A stretch of 61,472 nt of DNA from Hyphochytrium catenoides (taxonomy: Eukaryota; Protista; Hyphochytriomycota). Below are positions 53,966 to 61,472 of this stretch, one piece after another. The translations under genes were made by a program, and so were the position numbers. The stretch is taken from the NCBI GenBank assembly GCA_900088475.1, contig FLMG01003939.1, forward strand, positions 1 to 61,472, written 5' to 3'. Numbering within the stretch: position 1 is the first letter of the stretch; each line of letters begins with the position of its first letter. A model generated the notes under the pieces. The model was not told the origin of the DNA and searched no databases. It worked only from the letters and a program-made list of their open reading frames with translations.

Positions 53966-56350
53966 ATTCTTTTCTTCCGGTCTCTGTATCCTTTTGCTAT
54001 GCTATTGAATTAATGGGAGGATAGGGGAACAAAGATCTCTTGCTAGTTGCTTTTCCTCTGACCCTCTCTCTCTCTCTTTCAGACACTCTACACCTACCCC
54101 GGCAACTTCCGTGCCTTCAAGATCCTGGTGGCTGCTCAGTACAATGGCGTCACCTTGGACATCCCAGAGTTCAAGCTTGGTGATGACAACAAGAAGGAAG
54201 AATTCCTCGCCAAGAGTCCAACAGCTCGCGTCCCTGTGCTAGAGACTCCTCAGGGCTGCATCTTCGAGAGCAACGCCATTGCTCGTTACATCGCCCGCAT
54301 CCGCCGCGACACTGAGCTCTATGGCTCCACTTTCTTTGAGTCGGTAAGAATCTCTTACATAGTCGCCTGCCCTGCTTGCTCACCACTGCCTCTAGTAACT
54401 CTCTCTCTCTCGTTCTCTCAGTCTCTCCTCTGTTATGTTGGGCACATCTGACAGCTTCTCTTACCCTTCGCCGCTCATTTTTGTTCTTCCTCTGTCTCGG
54501 TTCCTCGTTTCCTTCCAGGGCCAAGTGGACTCCTGGGTCGACTTCTCTGCTCACGAGCTCGAGGTCCCTGCTATGATGTGGTACTACCCTGTCCTCGGCT
54601 ACATGCCCCACAACCCTGCAGCTACGGCTAAGGCGAAGGAGGACCTCAAGAGGGCTCTTGCGGTGCTGGAGAGGCACCTTCTTCAGAGAACTTACCTTGT
54701 AGGCAACAAAGTCACTCTGGCTGACATCACTGTTGCTAGCGCCCTGGTCTACCCTTTCAAGCTGGTATTGGACAAGGTAAGTCGGACAGAGTAGCAGAGA
54801 GAACCCTTTTATATCTTTTCGCTGCTGTTCCCTTCCTCCTCCTTGAGAACTCTCTCTCACCCCCCTAGTGTCTCTCTCACTCTCCCCCCAATTTTGTCTT
54901 TACCCAGCACCAGCCAGTGGTTAATGTTCTACTTCTTTTCTTTGGGCATTAGGACTTCCGCAAGCCATTCTCCAACGTTGTTCGCTGGTTCACTACCATC
55001 GTCAACCAGAAGGAGTTCCAGGTAGTTGTGGGTGAGGTCCCACTAGTAGACAAGGCATTCCTTGCTGCTGGAGAGCAGGCAGCTGCTGCTCCTAAGAAGG
55101 AAGCTAAGAAGAAGGTAATTGAATTTCTCCGTACAGACATCGTGTACCTCTTTTCTCTCTATATATATATCCTTCTTTTTTGGGCTTCTTCAATCAACCT
55201 TTGCAGCCCCGCTCTCTGTGAAACCTCTATTCTTGCTCTTGACCCTCTATTCTTGCTCTTGATTGATGGGCTAGCTCTCACTCCTTTGGACTGAAGACAG
55301 TTTGACGCCCTATATATACGGGGCTCATCTCTCTCTGACGCTTCCTCAGCATTGGTTTTTGTCAGCCACTCACGCTTGTTCTGTATGTCCAGGAGGCTGC
55401 CCCTAAGAAGGAGAAGAAGGAGGCTGCTGCAGATGAGGAGGAGCCACCTAAGCCCAAGAAGAAGGAGGAGCACCCTCTGGCTGTCCTTAACCAGACTCAC
55501 CCCACATCTATGCCTATGGACAAGTGGAAGGTCTGCTACTCAAACGTCAAGCCTCTGTCTGAGGCCATGAAGCAGTTCTGGGAGATGCTTGACCGGTGCG
55601 TGTTCCGCCATTTTCTCTTCGGACTCTTTCAAGGAGAATGAATAGGAAATGGACGCTGTTAGCAGGCCTCCTCCCGGCCTCTCTCTCTCTCTCGCTTAAT
55701 TTTTATCTTGTGGTCTCTCTCTCCCGCTTGGAATGACTCTCCCCTGAAACTCATTCTCTCCTCGACAGTGATGGATACTCTATCTGGTTCCAGAAGTACA
55801 ACTACAACGATGAGAACAAGGTTCTCTTCATGACTTCCAACGCAGTCAGCGGCTTCATCCAGCGCACTGATGCGATCAGAAAGTTCTCATTCGGCGTCAT
55901 GTCGGTGCTGGATGCCGGAGGAATCTTCGAGATTGTAGGCTGCTGGATGTTCAGAGGACAGGAGGTACGGGACATAGCGTGAAAGCCTTTGAAAAGGGGA
56001 TGGCAAAGTGCAAGACAGACTGCTCTGTGTGGCTTGTCCTCCGGCTCTCTCTCTCTCTCTCTTTCCTTCTCTCCCCGCGGGTCTTACTTCCAGGCACTAT
56101 CATCTTTCTCTTCTTCTCCACCTTTTATACGTAGGACTCTGTCTCTCCCACAAGGTTCTGACCCTCGCTCTCTTTGGCACAGATTAAGCACATGTTGGAA
56201 GCTAACCCTGACGCTGAGTATTACACGTGGACCAAGGTTGAGAAGGAACAGCTTGAGGACCCAGAAGTGAGAAAGAAGATCGAGGAGTACTGGTGCAATG
56301 AGGAGACTCTCGAGGGCAAGCCTATTTCTGACAGCAAGGTCTTCAAGTAA
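53727..56350 (+). CDS. EEF1G: Translation elongation factor 1B gamma
   Basis: GST-like N-domain (LYTYPGNFRAFK, IFESNAIARY, YLVGNKVTLADI), a Lys-rich linker, and a C-domain (MDKWKVCYSN, FMTSNAVSGFIQR, WMFRGQE, KVFK*). Confidence 0.97.
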
Positions 56351-56763
56351 AGGAAGACACACGAGAAGAGAGAGAGAGTATAAAAGAGAGAGAAGGGTCA
56401 GAGAAAGGAAGGTGAAGGACAGAGCGGAGGAAGAGGAAAGCTCCGCCTTCCGCTCTATTCCATTTAAATCGCAGTCGAGATGCTATAATAAACTCAAAGC
56501 TTGGCTGGATCAAACCCTGACTGCTTTCTTCCCCTTGTTCTCTCGAGCTTAGGTGCTCCTCACATCTTCCAGTGAAACCCCTGTGCATAATCTCTCTCTC
56601 TTCTCTCTTCTATCTCTCCTGCTTAGTGTTGCCCTAGGGTGACTTGACTTGCATTGGGAATGGGGAAAGACTCCTGGCGAAGTGTCTTTCTTACTCTTGC
56701 TTAGCAATAAATAGGTTGGCTCCTGAGCTCGCTTCTCTCTATCCCATACCTTAAGCCTGTGAG

Positions 56764-59475
56764 CTATGAGTGTTCTCCTCTCGCTCGCACCATCAAGCTC
56801 TTCGTGGACCGTCTCTTCTCTCCATACACCGTCCACAAGGCTATATTGCAGTCCTTGGACCCTGAGGCCATGCGACCGAAGGGTGCGGAGTCAAAGTCCA
56901 GGGAGAAAACACTTCCCTCGTGATGACGAAGGACAGCCAACGGTCGCAGCTCCTTAGCGGAGAACAAGCGGATCCTGCCGGTAGTTATGGACGGGGATGC
57001 AGAAGAAGAAGAGAGTGCAAAGGGAGAGATACGATGTGTGAGAGATACGATGTCATAGAGAGTTTGTAAGACCACATACATCTTCACCCAGGCCGAGAGA
57101 GAGAGAGAGAAAGAGAGAGTAAGAGAGAGACTGAGAGAGAGGACAGACACAGAGAGAGAAAGAACCGAAAGAGCACTGACAGGAGGAAAGTGCGAGAGGT
57201 AAGAGAGAATTGTGAAACGTAATGGGAGGGAGGGCAAGAGAGAAATGTGAGAAAATTAAACAAAGGAAAGACTGGAGAAGAGAAAGGTGTCATCTTGGTT
57301 ACCTCCTATCCCAGCCACCAGACGCAATTAGCTTCCCGTCGTCTCTATAGCGCACCACTGAAAAACCAGGATGATTTACCTCGTGCACGGCAGCGATCTC
57401 TATCTCTAACTGTTTTACGCAGAGAAGAATGAGCAGAGTCACATGGCTTGAAGATCCGCTGAAAGGACAGTCATGGAAAGAGAGAGAGAAGCGCACCACA
57501 AGGCAATAGTGACAGAAGGGAGAGAGACATCGAGTTGCAACGCCGGGAATAGGAAGAGACTAGAATGCGACTGGGAGTTTATGATGATGCCGACGAGAGG
57601 AACAACGACAAAGAGAGTGAGGAATAGAGACACAATATAGCTAGGGACGACACATGGACAAAAAGGGAAGAGAGCATAGAGGTGAGGCGCACGAGAGAGA
57701 GAGAGAGAAAAAGGAGAGAATGAGAGAGTAAGGAAGGAGGAAGAGGGAGACAGAGAGACAGTGAGACAGAAGAGAAAGAGAGAGAGAGAGAGGAAGAGAG
57801 AGAATAGAGAGGGCAGAGAGAGAAAGGGAAAAAGACAAAGGTAAAGAGAGAGAGAGAGAGGAGAGTAGGCCTTCCACCTTCTGATAGTCAATCCTCGCCT
57901 GCACCAGCCGGCTTTCAGCTGACCCGCTTACGAGTCTGTTTCCTTCCGGACTGACATCAAAGCTGAGAACTAAGACAGAAGGTTCCGAAAACATAGACTT
58001 AGTGCTGCAATAGACCAGAAGAGAGAAAAAGAGAAGGAAACAGAAAGAAGAAGAGAGAGAGAGAAAAAAAAAGAAAGAGAGAGACAGAGAGAGGAAGAAA
58101 GTGAGAGACAATGAGAAGAAAGAATCAAAGAGCCTGACCTGGTTCATCGTGAAGCCTGGCCCTTGCTGCCATTCGACCAGCCTTCAAGTCGAAGAAAGCA
58201 ACGTCCCCTGATTCGTAGGCAGCAAAGACTAAAGGAGAAGAAGAGCGAAGAGAAGAAGAGACAGAAGAGAAAGAGACCTCTGGACAGATCGCAAGAGGAG
58301 AGATAGAGGAAAAGAAAACGTAGGTTAGACCGCGACCGATACCCTTCCTGCAGACAATCATGGCCTTACCTTGGGGTCTCATTTCTCTCTCATTTTCCTT
58401 GGTGGATCCACTTTCTCCTCCCATCTCTTCTCCCTCTTCTTCGTCTGGTCCACTCTCTCCTGACCTCTCTTCTGCCTGCACTACTAGCCTCTCTTCTTTC
58501 TGCGATTCTCTCCCTTTCTGATCCGCCTGGCCTCCAACCAGACAGCTGCCCATGCACATGCCTAACGTGAAGGGCAGCGTACAGAGTGAACAGGGACCAG
58601 AGCGAGCCAAAACAATGAAAAAAGACAAAAGCGGAAGTGAATAGCAAACGGACCTCCAGAGAGGAGAGAAAGAGAGGGAGAGAGAGAGAGAGAGACAGAG
58701 TGACTGGGAAGGAGAGACAGAGACAGAAAGACACAGAGAAGAAGAGAGAAGTGAGGGTGGTGGGCACGAGAGAGGGGCCAGCATATCCCAGAAAGTGTTC
58801 AGGGAACTGACAATGACCTTGGCGCTTAGATGGAGAGGTTTTTAAACAGACAAGAAAGACTGTGGCTGCGGAGTCCAAGGACAATGAAAAAGAAGGAGAA
58901 GAATGAAAGAGACGACTACCTAGCTTTGCGCCCTTGGGGAGATTGAGAGTTTGCTCCACTTGCTTTGACCGGCGGTCCCAGATGCCAAGCTAATGAAGGA
59001 AAAGAGAAAAAGCATAATGGGAGAGTGTGAGAGAAAGGAAGGAACGTTAGCTGATGAATAAGACAGTCTAGGGACAAGAGATAGAGATAGAGAGAGAAAG
59101 AGAAAGAGAGGGAGAGAGAGAGACGGAAAGAGAGAGAAAGAACAAAAACAGAGAGAAAGAGAAGATTGATAGATAGGTAGATAGATAGATAAAGATTAAG
59201 AGAGAGAGCGAGAGAGAGAGGAGAGAAAGACTTTATGCTAAGAGGAGCGGAGTCAAACCTAGAAGTCTTACCACTTCTGACTGCTCTGTGGGGACGATGC
59301 AGACCTCTAAATATGTCGAGTGAGGAGAATGAAGAGCAAAAAGGAAGGCCGGCAGGGGGAAGTGACGGCGGCACCAGATGAGAGAGAGAGAGGCGGGGTA
59401 GAAGAGATAGAAAAAGAAGAGAAGAAAGAAGAAGGGAGGGAGAGAGACGAGATACATGGATAGCGTCAGAGAGAG

Positions 59476-59513
<38 letters not shown>

Positions 59514-60611
59514 AGAGAGAGAGCGAGAGAGAGAGAGAGAGCGAGGAAAGAAGGAGAGAGAAAAAGAGAACAGGAACTAGGGAGGAAGAGAGAGACGAAA
59601 GTGAGTCAGACAAGACGTGAATCTACGGAGTGACGGTAATCGACCGGTCGCTTCTCAACTCTCTCTCTCTGTCTCTCTTGTCGCCTTTGACCATTCTTTC
59701 TCTTTCTCCACGTGTGCCATGTGATGTTCCATAAAGCCTAACATCTTACTCTCTAGTTCAGGGGAAGACGAGGTTGAGGGCCAGCGGAGAGAAGAGAAAG
59801 CGCAGAAAGTGTAGGAGAAGGTCTGGAGCTCTTCTTTCGGTTCTGTCTCCAGCCCTCGGGCTCCTCCCTCCCAGACTCGGATTATCCCATCGCGGCCCTG
59901 ACTGAGATCCGGGTGCAAGGGAAAAGGGAGGAGAAAAGGGAAACGAGAGAGAGAGAGAGAGATTGAGAGAGAGAAGGACAAGAAGGACAGAGGGCCGGAG
60001 AGAGTGGGTTGAAGAGAAAGCCAAACGAGAGACCGGAGAGAAAGAGTGAGTGAAGGCAAAACAAGGAGAAAAGGAGAGAGCCCAAGAAGGTCAAGCAGAC
60101 GCCAAGCGGCGAAGAGAGAGAGGACGAAGGATATATATATATATAGAGAGAGAGAGAAGGGGGATTTGGAGAGAGCGAGAGAGAGAAAGGACACCGAGAG
60201 AAATAAGGATGGAAGCACAAGCAGAGACTGAGAGACCGCCCCCACCATGACGCTGAGGGAATAAGACAAGGAGAAGAGGTAGCAACGGTGCGTGTCCAAA
60301 GAGAAACAGAATAGAAAGACCCCGGGGGCAATAAGGACAAGAAGAAGATTGAAAGTGAGAGAGAGAAAGACACACAGAGAGAGAGACAGGAAGGAAGGAG
60401 GAACGAGAAGCTTCTCACGTTATTATCTCTCCCTCAGGTAGTTGATCAATCTTGAGAACTCCTCGGCTGTGCGCCTGCAGCGTCTGCACCGCCCTTCGAG
60501 AGCTCAGCGACCAAAGGAGAAGAAGGCCGTCTTCGGAGCTGATGAAGAGAGAGAGAGTGAAAGAGAGAGAGAGGGAGGGTGGAAAAAGAGAGAGTGGAGA
60601 GAAAGAAAGAC

Positions 60612-60644
<33 letters not shown>

Positions 60645-61007
60645 ATCCGCTGAGGAGCGAAGAGGAAGGAGAGACTCCTTGTGTCAAGAAAGAGAGGGAG
60701 AGAGGGAGCAAAGAAGAGACAACAGAAGCACGAACAAAGGGAGAGAGAGGGAGAGAATGAAAGCCACAAGGAGAGCGGGAGGCAAGAAAGAGAGAAAGAG
60801 AGAGAGTGTGTGTGAAAGGAGAGAGAAGGACTTCACAATGGCGTGGAATATAGTCTGCTGAGAAGACGAGAAAGAGAAAGGATCTTACCCCGAGAGCAGG
60901 TGGGCGGCTGGCTCCGCAGCATTCTCTCTCATAAACTTGACAGAGTGAACAGCCTGTCGATGGCCACGCAGAGTGAAGTCTGCGGCTGGCGCAGGTCGAG
61001 CCGCCAT
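56764..61007 (-). CDS. WD40 protein, GNB1L/ASA1-like
   Basis: MAARPAPAADFTLRGHRQAVHSVKF, LLSG|SEDGLLLLW, IIT|QGRDG, TFC, GMCM, AAYESG, PGFSVVRYRDDGKLIASGGWD and LAVLRHH..MASGSKDCNIALW, a motif order typical of GNB1L/Asa1. Confidence 0.85.
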
Positions 61008-61014
61008 AGGAAGC

Positions 61015-61034
61015 GGGAGAGAGAGAGAGAAGGA

Positions 61035-61099
<65 letters not shown>
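61015..61099. repeat. (GA)n microsatellite immediately upstream of the WD40 start codon (CT on the sense strand)
   Basis: Seen directly. Confidence 0.95.
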
Positions 61100-61103
<4 letters not shown>

Positions 61104-61472
61104 CCTTTGTTATCTCCCTCTGTGCATCAATGCAACATCTCGAATTCCCCTTTTGTTCTTTCTTCTATTCCCTCTCTCTCCTTTCTGTCCCTTTCTATCA
61201 TCTTCTCTCTGCCTGCAGACTCCTCTGTCCTCCGTCTTCGCCCTACTACTTGGCTCTATGGGCCCTGAAGAGAGAGAGCTGGTCGCTGTGTTATCTCTCT
61301 CCTCTCTCTCTCCCTGCCTCGCACCCCCAGCCCCGCTCCTCGTGTAAGCAGCATCCTCCCAGCTACATGCTCACTGCACTCATCAGAACCGATTACGGCA
61401 GCCCTTCTTACCTTACTTCCTCTTTGTAGCTCTCTTTCTCTTTCTCTCTCGCTCTCTCTCTCTCTCTCTCTC

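Overview
Eukaryotic nuclear DNA in the standard genetic code. It is gene-dense and intron-rich (GT-AG introns, many filled with CT/GA microsatellites) and has seven N-gaps. The gene content and style suggest a protist or alga, possibly a stramenopile; that is inference only. Most of the supplied ORF track is microsatellite noise. Splicing exons by eye gives 19 protein genes: a Dpy-30/RIIa-like protein, a DHHC palmitoyltransferase, proteasome alpha-2, an RNF4-like RING ligase, an unknown tandem ubiquitin-like-fold protein with a Cys cluster, a CCT-domain protein, a Kelch plus coiled-coil protein, COPZ, a histidine acid phosphatase, eIF3b, UDP-glucose pyrophosphorylase, an MscS channel, THOC7, TRAPPC1, COX6B, RPS23, a bacterial-type CBM9-like protein, eEF1B-gamma and a GNB1L/ASA1-like WD40 protein. 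TRAPPC1 and RPS23 are absent from the ORF track. I found no rRNA, tRNA, CRISPR array or recognisable mobile element. The best leads are the orphan tandem beta-grasp protein, introns with GA-rich 5' halves and CT-rich 3' halves, the intron-containing bacterial-like CBM9 gene, a hidden 3-exon micro-gene between COX6B and RPS23, and a structured intergenic segment after UGP. All gene models are manual, some termini are uncertain, and no searches were run.
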